This document shows positions 17,303 through 30,959 of a DNA stretch of 64,000 nucleotides, in pieces. The DNA is taken from NCBI GenBank assembly GCA_951406725.2, contig OX597816.1:73346001-73410000 (forward strand), given 5' to 3'. The notes beneath the pieces are model-generated. The model searched no databases. It worked only from the letters and a program-made list of their open reading frames with translations, and was not told the DNA's origin. A program made the translations under genes and the position numbers. This stretch comes from Octopus vulgaris. Taxonomy: Eukaryota. The first letter of the stretch is position 1. Each line of letters opens with the position of its first letter.

Positions 17303-17522
17303 AGATTATGAGAGGTAATGGTGTCAAGGGGATCCAAAGGTGTCAGGTAATGCTGAGTAAGAGTGCTATGGATAGACTATAGTTAAGCTCCAGGTTCGGT
17401 GATTATGCGAATGGGGAGTCCAACGTAGGTAATATATTAGCGTGCATATATACATAAAAAGTTAACAGAATGCGATAAAAATCCGAGGCCGTGAAAGATT
17501 TCAGAACATTTATAAAGAGAAG

Positions 17523-17570
17523 GTCTTACAGTTGTTTCCGGGATATTTTATATATCTCTTCATCAGAGAC
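17523..17570 (-). ncRNA. Minimal type-I hammerhead motif within a pLTR-like segment (~17305-17650)
   Basis: gtct|CTGATGA|agagatat-ataaa-atatcccg|GAAA|caactg|TA|agac; stem III is one change from the palindrome CAGCTG. Confidence 0.75.
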
Positions 17571-17879
17571 GATGCGAGAAAATGGTTAAGCAATATTTAT
17601 TCTAGAGAAGATATGAAATAGAGAGTGAAGTGGAGCAATGAAAGCATGTCATTAACTAACGTGGCCAATCTTCATTAGGCAGCTACAACATCCTTCCTTT
17701 TTCAGATGCTGCTCACGTTGGACTTTTGACAGCAAATCCTTGTGAACACTAATTGTACGTATCTGTAATCTTACGCCATCACATGTAATATCACCTAAAT
17801 TACACACGCAAACACACACATACACGCACACATACATACATACATACATACATACATACATACATACATACATACATAC

Positions 17880-18024
17880 GACAAATCCAATCCATCACTG
17901 GAAATGTAAAAATCTGTAAAACTTTCCAGAAGTTTATCATTTAGATATATATGAGCATGTCTAGATATGCAACCATATGCATGATAATACATACATAAAG
18001 CAAAACATACAAATCTGGACATAT

Positions 18025-18025
<1 letters not shown>
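17880..18025 (+). mobile_element. 3' terminal fragment of a REL-endonuclease LINE in (TACA)n
   Basis: atccaatccatcactgga..aaaactttccagaagttt..gcatgtcta matches 18632-18765. Confidence 0.75.
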
Positions 18026-18056
<31 letters not shown>

Positions 18057-18329
18057 CATACATACATGCATGCATGCATGCATGCATGCATGCATGCATG
18101 CATACATACATGCATACATACATACATGCATACATACATACATACATACATACATACATACATACATACATACATACATACATACATACATACATACATA
18201 CAAAAATATCCTGTTGTTGATGTTGAAATTCCAATGAAGGAAGCTTGGATCAAGGTTAGAAACAGGCTCTTTCACGATTGCCAAGAAATCTTGAAATAAA
18301 ATTGAACAATGACTTACATACATACATGT

Positions 18330-18765
18330 ACTAGGTTTATTGTAAGCACAATAGACCTAATATAATGATTTGGGATAGAGAAGAGAAACTGTGTACAGTT
18401 GTGGAAATCAGCTGCCCAGCTGATGTTAATATGAAGCTCAAGGTCAGCAAAAAAGAGAATACCTATGCTGAACTTTTGCAAAATCAGCAGTTATTCTATT
18501 CAGATTACTAGTTTAAGTTTATACCTGTAATTATTGGGGTACTGGGAAATGTAACAGACTGTCTAAATACCAGTTTTCAGAAATTAGGTTTCTCAAAGTC
18601 AGAAAGGAGAAAGCTGATTCGAAGACTACAGATCCAATCCATCACTGGAACTGTAGAAATCGGAAAAACTTTCCAGAAGTTTATAATTTAAGGATATTCA
18701 TGCGCATGTCTAAATATGCAAATATATGCATGAGAAGACATGCATAAAACATACAAATCTGTATG
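18330..18765 (+). pseudogene. 3' fragment of an R2/R4-group non-LTR retrotransposon (restriction-like endonuclease domain), (TACA)n flanked
   Basis: KHNRPNIMIWDREEKLCTVVEISCPAD..KENTY..FIPVIIGVLG with an internal stop. Confidence 0.8.
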
Positions 18766-19016
18766 TATACACACACATACACATACATACATACATACAT
18801 ACATACATACATACATACATACATACATACATACATACATACATACATACAATACCAATTGCAGTGTGGAAGGTGTTTATAAACCATTAAATTTAAATGC
18901 GGAAGTGCGGTTTTTGTGTGTTTTGAGATGGCTTATAAACACCCTCCACGCTGCAATTGTTTTTGTTCCAACGCAAGATCTTAGATCAGGTCACTTGCCA
19001 TGCAAGTACATCTTCG

Positions 19017-19071
<55 letters not shown>

Positions 19072-19359
19072 CGCATTCGTAAATTGCCGGAATGTATGTT
19101 GTAATGGCCGTACGATAAGGAAATAACACAGGAAACAATACCTATACATTTGTTCGCTTCATTCTTTAGATTAATCGATTTTACCTACCTTGCCAGTTAT
19201 CATTGTGTTTGTATGTGCGTTTGTGTGTGTGTGTGTATGTGTGTGTGTGTGAGCGTTGTGTGTTAATTATAAGGCATTCTTCGGTCTTCGCCAATTACAG
19301 TTTCTTCCTCTACATTCTCGAGGAAGAACTCTCTCGAGAAATGGTTTCCAATCTTTTTC

Positions 19360-19522
19360 ACAATGGTTCCCAACACTGGTTCCCAACCCTTTTATTTAAA
19401 TGACTTTTCCCACGGACCCCTTTTAATATGCTTATCCTTATGTATATACAAATATATGACATTTTGAACTTAGTTCACGGACCCCTAGTACTACCTTGCA
19501 GACCACCAGAGGTCCATGGAAA
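19360..19522. mobile_element. hAT-like MITE remnant
   Basis: cactggttcccaaccctttt, repeated acggacccc, gaggtccatgga resemble hAT/Charlie MITE ends. Confidence 0.5.
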
Positions 19523-20159
19523 TGTCTATTTTTTTTTATTTGCAATCCAGGACAAGTCTTTTCTTTTCTTTTCTTTGTTTTTTTTTCTCTTTCTTTGTTT
19601 TGTGAGTCTAGAATTTGTCCGCACACGTCTCCTTTCACTGCAACGTCGATATCAAAGGTGGAGTCAGAACCGATACAGTTTAAAACCAATTTCTTTACAG
19701 GTGTTACCATGAAAAGGCAGAACGCTGGAACGTCCGATGTTCTACAGTACCATCCCACCGCCCTGGATGACCTCACAAGAATGAAAGACAAACTTGACAT
19801 CAATGGGTTTTGAATTCAAAGTGAAGAGGGTCGAAACAAATAATTCAAGATTCTATCGATTTTACCAATTTTCCCCACTTAAAGTATTTGTTTTCATTCT
19901 AAACACCGCAAAAGGGAGGTTTCTCAACTAATTGCATGCATAATCTTTGTTGGTTGATGTATCTCGACTCACGTTTCCTGTATGTGAAGCCCTACCCTAT
20001 TTTGTCTTTTAAAAGTATTGAAAAGAATTGGTAGTTAACAATAAGTAATTGAATTGCTAATATTGTTCTGCAGCTTAAGTGAACATTCTCATTGATTTCG
20101 ATAAACGGTGGAGACTGATATTCAAACAACCACTCGCAATTTAAGTGACTGAATAATAA

Positions 20160-20560
20160 TTATGTCAGGACAAGATGCTGCCAACTGCTATGTCCACCCT
20201 ACGGGCCTATTTGCAACAGCAAAAGACTGCAAGCGAAAAGTTGACCTGAGGAAGCAACTGAAGTTCCCTGAAACGGTTGCCTCAATATTAGTAAGGCTGG
20301 ATATGTTGCTGATCTCCGAAGCAGCCAAGCAGGCGGTACTGTTAGAATTTTCCGTTGTCCAGGAGGACCGCATTGAGGGGGAAAATTAGGGTACAGGAAG
20401 GAAATGGGCTGAACTGGTGGAGCTATGCCAAAGCTGTGGTTGACGTGATCCCATCGAGGTGGATTGCAGTGGATTTAAAGACTTGTCTTTCTGCAGAGCA
20501 TACAACGTGCTTGACATCACAGGGGCCCGTAGGCAAATGACCATTAGAAAATAACTAACG
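20160..20560 (+). pseudogene. HERO-like (R2 group) non-LTR retrotransposon endonuclease fragment
   Basis: GLFATAKD..KVDLRKQLKFPE....RLDMLLISEAAKQAVLLEFSV.QEDRIE, then PIEVDCSGF-like sequence; frameshifted. Confidence 0.8.
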
Positions 20561-20759
20561 GGTATGGATGTCATACTCTCATTTTATAGTTTATATCTGC
20601 TTGCCAATTAAGTTGACGGCTCTCTTTCTGTTATATTTTAGTGTTGCTTCTAGACTCGCATCATTCACTGAAAGCTACATTAATGATGACCAATTATTGT
20701 CAAAAAGCGTTTGTCATTTACAAGCAACGTATAATTTTGTTATTTCTTGGGGAGACCAT

Positions 20760-21155
20760 CATATCAAGGCATGTAATTTTGGGAAAGGAGACAAGTCGAT
20801 TACATCGACCCTACTACTTGACTGGTACTTATATCATCGACCCATGAAGAATGAATGGCAAAAGCGACCTCGGCGGAAATAGAACTCAGAACATAAAACG
20901 CCGGCAAAAATGTCAATAAGTATTTTGTTCGGCTCGCTAACGATTCTGCCCACTCGCCGCCCTAACGGTAATAATAATCCTCTCTACTATACGCATCGCC
21001 CCCAGTACACAACTGGTACTTATTTTATCGACACAGAAAGGCTAAAAGGCAATGTCGACCTCGTGGGAATCTGAAACCAGAACGTAAGGACGGACGAAAA
21101 GATGACGTTAAGCATTTTGCCCGTCATGCTTACGATTCTGCTAGTTCGCTGCCTT
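20760..21155 (-). mobile_element. Two tandem copies of tRNA-derived SINE family A
   Basis: Reverse complements of the 54685-54910 type (actggtacttatt..atcgac..aaaggc..gtcgacctc). Confidence 0.8.
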
Positions 21156-21489
21156 GATCCTCATGCTAATAATAAACTCACTCACAGTTTGTATCTCACT
21201 TCTGTATTATTTATTTGTCAATTAATTAACCATTTAATCAATTAATTATTCGATTGTTTGATTAATCAATCGCTTAATCAAGCAAGCAGTTATGTTTGGC
21301 AAAGTCCGTCGTCACCATTCGCAGTTTCTTCGATGAGATGCCCCCTCTATTCCAGATCAGTCTGAGGTCAATTATTGGCATAATGAACCCCCGGAGATAT
21401 AACAGAATCTGTTTCAATACACAAGTTCACCTAAAAAGTCTTACGAACCGAATACAAAAATGAAATCTTTGTTTATGTTGCTTACTATC

Positions 21490-21720
21490 TTTTATCTTTT
21501 ACTTGTCTCAGTCATTAGAATGCGGCCATGCTGGGGCACAGCCTTCAAGAATTTTTATTTGGATAGATTTACCCCAGTACTTATGTTTTTCTATTAAACC
21601 TGGTACTTATTCTATCGGTCTGCTTTGCCGAACAGCTAGATTACGGGGATGTAAACACACTAACACCAGTTGTCAAGCGGTAGTGGGCGACAAACACAAA
21701 ACACTAGCACAGGCACACAC
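21490..21720 (-). mobile_element. SINE family B, 3' half
   Basis: tgcggccatgctggggcac..tattctatcggtc..gtaaacacac. Confidence 0.8.
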
Positions 21721-21752
21721 AGCCATACACACACACACACATAATACACATA

Positions 21753-21831
<79 letters not shown>

Positions 21832-21835
<4 letters not shown>

Positions 21836-22197
21836 AAAGTAAGATAAGAGTTATGGGTGAAATCCACTATGGGATATCATTTATCCAATATACTGTTGGT
21901 AAAGTACCCAAATTCTTAATACATAAATGTTTTTAATTGCAATGCAATTAAGTCATTTATTGTATTAAACAGGTGAAGGTAAAGAAATATTTTTACCGTA
22001 AATTTATAATACAAATAAGAAAATGGAGAAACAAATTTAGTTTGTTCATCAACTTACGGATATTATCATCTTATCTATTGACTTATATAATATTTTGTAT
22101 GCTTTTGATATTTTCATTTGTAAAATGAATAAATAATCAAACATTATAATATCTGTAAGTTCATGAACAAACTAAATTTGTTTCTCCATTTTCTTAT

Positions 22198-22198
<1 letters not shown>
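21832..22198. mobile_element. Short (TA)n-embedded element with terminal inverted duplication (22015-22067 / 22146-22198), Penelope-like architecture
   Basis: aataagaaaatggagaaacaaatttagtttgttcat and its exact reverse complement. Confidence 0.55.
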
Positions 22199-22234
<36 letters not shown>

Positions 22235-22253
22235 ATGTATGTATGCATATGTA

Positions 22254-22441
<188 letters not shown>

Positions 22442-22791
22442 TTGTATTAAAATGCATATTCCTTTGATTGGCTCTCGATTTAGAATTACAATGTTTTCGG
22501 CAACCTCGCAAATTCCAGCTTTGCCAGAGAATATATAACGCTGCTTCGTGTCACATAGACGTATGCTGTCGATTGATAACTACGTCTGTTTCTCTGTCCA
22601 GTTCAGACGACCTTATTAGACATGGTGTTTCTGTTTCCTTATGTCGTATACAGTTAAACGTAATTATCTTACAGGCTCAGGCGTGGCTGCGTGGTAAGAT
22701 ATTTGCTTCCCAACCAAAATGTTTTGGGCTCAGTCCCAATACGAGGCATCATGGATTTGCAAAAGAGAAACTGAACGAAGCCCATCACACA

Positions 22792-22874
<83 letters not shown>

Positions 22875-22950
22875 ATAAGATCGTTAGTTTAAAAACAAAA
22901 TAAAGATTTTATCAACTGGCCAGCATAGAAAAAATCACCTTCAAAGGTAA

Positions 22951-23337
22951 TCTCTCTCTATATAAACGGCAGTTTGTCTGTGCGTGTTTCTGTGTGTCTG
23001 TTTGCTTGTACCCTCACCCTGACCACAGCTTTCAACCGATTCTGATGAAACTTGACACACACATAGCCCAATGTCATAATTCAAAACTAACGCAGCGAAA
23101 ATTTTGAAAAGTTCCCCCAGTTCTGAAAAAAATCGATAAATTCGACATGGGGTCGAGAATCAGGAACACAAACCACAAACTGTGTAGGGGACGCAACTCC
23201 ACCTTTTTTAACTATCAAAAAAAAATTTACCATAATTTTTTTTCCATTTTTTTTGCTGTTTTTTGGCTATAACTCTCTAAAAATGCTTTATAGTTATTTC
23301 CCTTACAAACCTGAGCAACGCCGGGCGATACTGCTAG
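22951..23337 (+). mobile_element. Non-autonomous Helitron
   Basis: 5' TC (tctctctctatataaa), 3' GC-rich hairpin cctgagcaacgccggg then CTAG; inserted between A22950 and T23338 with no TSD. Confidence 0.85.
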
Positions 23338-23458
23338 TAATTATTAAAATTATAAATTAGGGTATCTAATTTAGGGTATTTATATGAATTAGGGTATTTA
23401 AAGTCAGATCATGGCTGCTATTTTCAGCATGGTGGTATCTCGTAGATACCCTAATTTA

Positions 23459-23511
<53 letters not shown>

Positions 23512-23660
23512 GGATGTGTGTGATTGTGTACAGAAGAATACATTCCTCAAAGAAATTCCAGCTTTGTCTGATTTCTACGTTTTATTTACAATCTTATAAA
23601 AATATAAGATAATATAATATAATGAAATGAAATGATAGAATATTAAATGTCCATTCTGGT

Positions 23661-23705
23661 TGAACTAGTACTTTCATGCATTAAACTATGCAATCTTCAG
23701 GTTCA
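23661..23705 (-). ncRNA. Minimal type-I hammerhead ribozyme motif
   Basis: tgaac|CTGAAGA|ttgcat-agttta-atgcat|GAAA|gtac|TA|gttca; 5-bp stem I, palindromic stem III. Confidence 0.8.
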
Positions 23706-23934
23706 TGTAGTAGTACTGGTGACAGTTATGTTTTACAGTTCACAGCTATTATCTTACATTATATTTTTATAAGATTGTAAATAAACGTAAAAATCAAGCA
23801 AAGCTGGAATTATTTCTTTGAGCAGCATATATATGCATACATATATATATATGTATGTATGTGTGTGTGTGTGTGTGTGTGCTTACGTACACACACATAT
23901 ACATACACACATGTATAAATAAATAAATAAATAA

Positions 23935-23995
<61 letters not shown>

Positions 23996-23999
23996 CATA

Positions 24000-24345
24000 T
24001 GTTCTTGTCTTTCTGTTTGTATTTTGAATTTGTCCCCCACCACCGCTTGAGAACTGGCGTGGATTTGTTTACGTCTCTGCAACATAGTGGATCGACCAAG
24101 TGACCAATAGAACAAGTGCCAGACTTTAAAAGCAAAAATTATTGTGGCGATTCGTTCGACTAAAACCCTTCACGACAGTGCTTTAGCATGGCCGCATTCC
24201 AATTACTAAAATAAATAAAATATAAATTTCTTTACTACCCACAAGGGACTAAACACAGAGAGAACAAACAAGGACAGACAAAGGGATTAAGTCGATTATA
24301 TCGACCCCAGTGCGTAGCTGGTACTTATTTAATCGACCCCGAAAG
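24000..24345. mobile_element. SINE B 3' half (+, 24000-24225) abutting SINE A 3' half (-, 24226-24345)
   Basis: Similarity to other copies in the window. Confidence 0.75.
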
Positions 24346-25071
24346 TATGAAAGATATAAAAGATTATAGGCAAAAGAAAGACATGAAAGAATTTTGGTTT
24401 AATACAGGAACGATGTGTCTTCTGCAAAACACTTTTTTCCTTTTTTTTTTTAAGAGACTCTCAGTTGTATATAAAGTTAAAAAGCCGAATGAAGCAAGAT
24501 TCATTTGTAACCACCCAGACGGCGCAGTGAAAGAAGGGCGTGTTTTTTTTTTTTTTTTGCTCTCAGCTTAGATCTTTTTTTCACGTGGCTGTACCATATC
24601 CCAAATTAGGTATTCATTGCTTTTCTCTGCAGCTCATCAATTACTGCATTACAAACTGTATGTGTGTGTGTTTGAATAGAAAAGTAAAAAATAAAAAAGC
24701 ACTTAATAACTATTAGTTGTTTATTAATTTATTTGCAATCACCTTATAATTTGGCTCGATGCGCTTGAGCTTTTCTGAGTCATTGTCAATAATTGCACAG
24801 GATAGTGTTGTCTAGTCGTTGTATACTGATGATGAGTTCGACTTACTTTTATATGTGCAATTAATCCCATTGTATCCAGCTAACAGGTTAACAATGTTTC
24901 CATGCAACAATGGTCAACTTTTCATGCTGGTCTTATTTCACAGTTTGTGGTCCACAGTTGATGGCGAGATGAGAATAACATTGGCAGAGCTATATAGATA
25001 ATGACCACCACATATTCCCCAAAAATATGCTCAACCGGATTATAATCGTTATTCTTGGTACCATATATATG

Positions 25072-25117
<46 letters not shown>

Positions 25118-25317
25118 TAGATAGATAGATTGATAGATAGATTGATAGATAGATGGATAGATAGATACCATGCAAAAATCAAATGTTAAATTATAAATAA
25201 TTTGGATACACACACATATATATATATATATATATTACATATATGTGCATATATATACATATATAAACGTACATACATGCAAACATATATAAACATGCTT
25301 GTATGTACATACATATA

Positions 25318-25385
<68 letters not shown>

Positions 25386-25460
25386 TATATATGTGAATGT
25401 GTATGCACACACATATATGCATATTTACATGCACGTGCATATTCATACATACATAATATG

Positions 25461-25955
25461 ATGACTGACCCCTCATTATCCAGTATGGCCATTGCATGAG
25501 GCTTAACCGTTAATGGTGCTGTGATCGAATGTGACTTTTTAGCCCAGCAAAAGATCTACAATGTCTAGTACAGAATTGGCAGCTAAAACCTTTACTAGTG
25601 ATAGACGGCTATAGTTCAAATTGGGCTTCATGTACCTTTGCATGTCGTTTATATCCTCCCGCCGAATCACACTCCCTTCCACATGCCTAACAGATATGAT
25701 TAGTATGGTGTGTAGCACCACCACCAGCGGCCTGGTTGTCAATCATTGGTTTCACTTTATGACTACGTAGATGACTCTTGAATCCAGCTTTCCTGAGGCA
25801 GGGTCTTGCACAGACACTGCATGTCCGCATCATAGGAAGACCCTTACCATCTGGAAGTGCAACAGCGATGCCCTTCCTGACATCCCTCCTTACTTTCTCA
25901 TGCTCAATTCAAGATTTCTCAAAAGTAGCTTTCCCCTCATACAAAATCCTTCTCC
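25461..25955 (-). pseudogene. 3' end of an RTE-clade LINE
   Basis: C-terminal C2H2-like CSVCARPCLRKAGFKSHLRSH; 3' UTR shared with 60523-60570; (TACA)n flanks. Confidence 0.7.
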
Positions 25956-26275
25956 ACATACATACATACATACATACATGCATACATACATACATACATA
26001 CATACATACATACATACATACATACATACATAAATACATACATACATACATACATACGTACATACGTACGTACATACATACATACGAATGCATGGACCAA
26101 GAAAAAAGGTACTCAACACATTTGGTGGTAGTTATATGTATTATTATTTAAAATAGTTTGACTTGGCTGCGCGTAACTTAAAGTTTCGGCAATCGAACGC
26201 TGAAAGAGATGGATTTCTGCTAGAACCTCGCGAAAATTTAAGTTGCAATGAGCCAAATCAAACTGTTTTAAATAC

Positions 26276-26353
<78 letters not shown>

Positions 26354-26454
26354 CTGGTACATCACACGTATTGAGAAGAGTATTGTCGATGTGAGAACTG
26401 TTGCTGCTCATGTATTTTAATTTAACTTAAAAAAAAAAAAAAAAATGAACGAAC

Positions 26455-26615
26455 TATTGAGTTTGGTTTAATGGCCTACCAATGTATACTATGAGTTTCT
26501 TTGCCCTAGGAGTCGGGAAGACACTCGGCAAGAAATGGAAGCAAATTTGAAAGAAGAAAAAAAAAGTAATAATAATAATAATAATAATAGTAATAATAAT
26601 AATAATAATAATAAT
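26455..26615 (+). mobile_element. 3' UTR remnant of an R4/Dong-like LINE with (TAA)n tail
   Basis: ttgccctaggagtcgggaagacactcggca resembles the 3' UTR at 42720-42760 (-) and is followed by (TAA)n. Confidence 0.5.
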
Positions 26616-26619
26616 ATAT

Positions 26620-27038
26620 AACCATGTGAGTTGATTTGGCAGGCGGAAACTGAAGGCAGCCTGCCGTATAAACATTCGACCAAAGACTGGTACAGGCCAT
26701 GTCTAACTTAATAGCATCGCCTGATGTGTATATATTTATATGTATATATGTATGTGTGTGTGTATGTGTGTGCGTGCGTAAGAGTGTGTGTGCGTGTGTG
26801 TTTTTGTTTGTTCCCCCACCATCGCTTGACAACCGACGTTGTTATGTTTACGGCTCCGTAAATGAACGTTTCGGCTAAAGAGAATAAGTACTAAGGTTAC
26901 AAAGAATAAGTCGTGGGGGTCGATTTCTTCGACTAAAGGCAGTGCTCCAGCATGGCCACAGTCAAATGGCTGAAAAATGAAAGAACATACATTATAATAT
27001 ACATATATATGTGTGTGTGTGTGTGTGTGTATGTGTGT

Positions 27039-27076
<38 letters not shown>

Positions 27077-27403
27077 TATAATATACATATATATAAATGT
27101 ATGTATGTATGTATGTACACACACACGCACTCATGTGGCACCTTGGGCAAATGTCTTCTACTGTAGTCCCAGGCCGACCAAAATCTAGTGAGTGGATTTG
27201 GTAGATGGCAACCGTTGTATCTATTTATCGCTTTCTATCACACACACCTTCTCTCTCGCCCCGCTCTCTCTCACACATACACTTTCTCTATATATTTATA
27301 CAAACATACATATATGCGTGCGTTTGTGTGTGTGTGTGTGTTTGTGTTTGTGCGTGCGTGCGTGCGCGCGCGCGTGTGTGTGTGTGTGTGTGTGTGTATG
27401 CGT

Positions 27404-27450
<47 letters not shown>

Positions 27451-27645
27451 CCCCACTACGGTTTGACAATATGAGTTGGTGTTTTTACATCCTCGTACAT
27501 TATCTATTCGGCAAAATATATTGATATCATTAGTATTCGATTTTAATACAAGCACCTTCTTGGGTAGATCTGGCCGTCTGAATATTTGAAGGTGATGCCC
27601 CACCATGGCTGCAGTCCAATGACCGAAGCGAGTAAAAGGTAAAAC
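26620..27645 (+). mobile_element. Two fragmented SINE B copies split by expanded (TG)n
   Basis: SINE B segments at 26620-26670, 26800-26985, 27135-27215, 27445-27645. Confidence 0.75.
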
Positions 27646-28289
27646 ATGCACACATACATATATAAAATAACCGTCACTGAGTGGCGTTTATTCCTTTCGA
27701 AAGAGCAGAAAGAGCTTTAACAATCAATGAGAAATAAGTCTATTCTCATTGGAAATCGAAAAATCGAACACCGTTCTGCACACACGGGAATCTGTTTGAT
27801 GGCTGTGCGGTTTGCAACAAATATCATCGGTCTTTCCGTTACACCCTCACTGCATTATTATGAATGGTTTCTTAGTTCGAGGGAGCAGATAACATCGCAG
27901 GAAGTAGGAAATACAGTCGAACGACTCATCACATCACATCAATGGGCACAAATTGTACCGTTTCTGCTTGTTGTCATTCAGTCGCATAGCCTCCTCACTT
28001 CTTTATGGTTTGTTACTTAAATATAATGTCTGTGCGCATATCAGCCACACTTTGCCTAGTCTATAACTGGTTCTTTAATGTGAAGACGTAAAAGCAACAG
28101 AAAAGAGAAAAGATTTCGGATGCTGCAACGCTCATGCCTTATCCAAGTGTTTTATCGAGGTATATACTCTAATAAGAAGAAGGCCTGCGTCTTGTACAGA
28201 AAGCAACAGCGAATGCAACGGATAGAAGGAGCTGTGATGCTTATGCTTTAACCAAGCATATTATCAGTAGTACTTAAATGGCTACCACA

Positions 28290-28500
28290 ATGTTCAGTCC
28301 TTCTTGCAATGTGGTTGCTTGCCTGTCTCAATGACCTATACAAGCGGAGCACAAGTCTCTGATAGGACCTCCCATGCTGGACTGGTCAAAAGATAGAGGC
28401 CAGACTAATATGACCATCTCTTCTCAACGGTAAAAATGGATTTTTCGTAGGGCCAACACCTCTTACCTAGAAAAAAGCAAAGTAGCAGAAGAATTGATGA
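28290..28500 (+). mobile_element. Possible RTE-type 5' UTR remnant
   Basis: cccatgctggactggtcaaaagatagaggccagactaa resembles recalled RTE 5' UTR motifs. Confidence 0.35.
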
Positions 28501-28794
28501 CAGATAGTCCAGATTTGAGAACGGTAAAGACAATTTGTCGATGGACTACGATCCATGGGGAACGATGGGCTTAAGTAGGTAAAGTAAGCACTCTCATGTG
28601 GAGGAGACGTTCGTCTTGTACAGAGGGCAACAACAAGGGTAAAGGATATGAGAAGCTGTTTTGCTTGTGGCTGACTCAAGTATTTTATTTGCGTGAGAGA
28701 AGAAAAGTAATAAGGTGAACCAAAACCTGAAAGATTCCAGGACGCGGTTTCAGATACTTCTAAACGCAGAATTAGTCACCCTTTTACATATAAT

Positions 28795-28868
<74 letters not shown>

Positions 28869-29180
28869 CCCTTAACATCCTTAACCACACAGACATGCAT
28901 ACCGACGTACACACAAAAAAGAACATATACACATAAACATATACAACCGCATATCTGCAACATTATGTACGTATTCAGTATCACAACACACCTTGGACAA
29001 ATACCTTCTACTATTGCCCCGGGCTGACCACAGTTTGTGAGTAGATTTAGTAGAAAGAAACTGAAAGAAACCCGTCGTATGTGTGTGTGTGTATATATGA
29101 ATGTAAGTTTATATATTTACATATATATATATAAAGCTAAGCTTTTACATATGCATATATATATATATATATATATATAT

Positions 29181-29505
29181 CATTTGATATTTATCATTGT
29201 TTGATTTCACTTTTTCAATATCAGCGACAGTGGACGCTGGGAAAAGTATAAGTATTTGTGAAGGAATCTAATTCTCGCCGACAACTATGATTGTCACACG
29301 CTGACGAGAGGTCAATACCTCGAAACTCGAGTCCGTGTGTATCATAAGTTGAAGACGGGAAGGATGACTTCCCTTTGCAAATACTGACAGGACACAGAAA
29401 GTGTGTCTATGGCCAGCTGGAGGAGTGTGTCCTCCTGGGGCTAAAAACTACAGTAGCATCCACCCTTAGGGGTTAGCCATATTGAAATGGCAAAAATACG
29501 TCACT
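29181..29505 (+). mobile_element. Short non-coding element between (TA)n tracts carrying an intact hammerhead
   Basis: Unique ~325 bp insert with (TA)n on both sides and a central HHR. Confidence 0.6.
29295..29339 (+). ncRNA. Canonical minimal type-I hammerhead ribozyme; predicted cleavage after C29333 (GUC)
   Basis: cacacg|CTGACGA|gaggt-caat-acctc|GAAA|ctcgag|TC|cgtgtg; all core nucleotides present, stems I and II perfect, palindromic stem III. Confidence 0.92.
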
Positions 29506-29852
29506 ATATATATATATATAAATATATATATATATCAGACTTACAGGTATTCATATAAATGTGTATGAATGATGCATGCAAGTAATGTGCGCGAGTGCAT
29601 GTATGTATGTATGTATGTATGTATGTATGTATGTATGTACGATGCTTGTATCTATGCACGTACATATGTATATATGTTTGTATATAAGCATATATATTTA
29701 TATGTATATATATATATAATGTATATATATATTCTTTCTCTACCTATCACCTTTACCCCATTTCTCTATTTCTTCTCTGAACATTTCCCACCACATACAT
29801 TCAACATCTCTTCTTTCTCACACACACGCACACACACGCACACACACGTACA

Positions 29853-29892
<40 letters not shown>

Positions 29893-30470
29893 GGTGTGTG
29901 TGTATGTTTCCTTATTTCCTTATATACATAGATACAAATGCGCATGTACGTAAGTACTTATACACACACATACATTCATGCATGTATACGTACATGCAAA
30001 CATAGATACGTACATGCATAATCACGTACATAATACAAGCATGCAAGTATACATACATACATACATACATACATACAAACATACGTACGTACGTACATAC
30101 ATGCGTACATACATGCGTACATATGTACATACGTACATACATACATACATACATACATACATACATACACATTCTCGCTCACACACTCACACATACATAC
30201 ATGCATACGTACATGCATAATCACGTACATAATACATGCATACATACATACATTCATACGTACTTACGTACGTACATACATGCGTACATAAGTACGTACG
30301 TACATACATGCGTACATATGTACGTACGTACATACATACATACACACTCCTTCATACACACACATATACACACAATACATACATACGTACGTACGTACAT
30401 ACATGCGTGCATATGTACATACGTACATTCATACACACACTCGTTCACACACACACACTCATACATACAT

Positions 30471-30504
<34 letters not shown>

Positions 30505-30959
30505 GCACACACATATTCTGTTTTCAATTTTGACTTTTATGTGTTTATCTCTTAATTTATTTATTTTTCGCTTATTGTCTTGCAGTTGTACCAGTTTGAT
30601 TGCCAGTCGAGGGCCCCAGCAGCTCATTATTCTTTCTGTTTCATTAAACAACAATAGAAAAGAGCATGAAATAAACATAAATAGAACAGCATGAAGGGTG
30701 GTTAGCGGGTGCAGGGGGGGGGGGGGACGGGGGTTGACGGAGGGGGTGCGCAAAAGACCGTGAATGAACGAGCGAACCAGGCAAATCTATCGTAGCCAAA
30801 CACTTCCCAAGCCATTTACGTTTTTTCTTCGTTGCCCTAATATACTTTCTTCTCACCGTCTTTCTCCCAAACCCCACCCCTTGCTTGCCCCACCACCCTC
30901 TTTCACCAACAACACGCCCACCGACCCTCCGATCTACCGACTCCCCTCCACTGAAATTA

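Noticed and set aside
20242-20280. CTGAGGA...GAAACGGTT hammerhead-like string
   Set aside because: No stem I, broken stem II, and it lies in the HERO coding frame (DLRKQLKFPET); treated as chance.
23040-23060. CTGATGA followed by AAC in the Helitron
   Set aside because: No stem II or downstream GAAA/UH arrangement.
27727-28020. 97-aa non-repetitive ORF
   Set aside because: No recognisable motif; length is within chance expectation.
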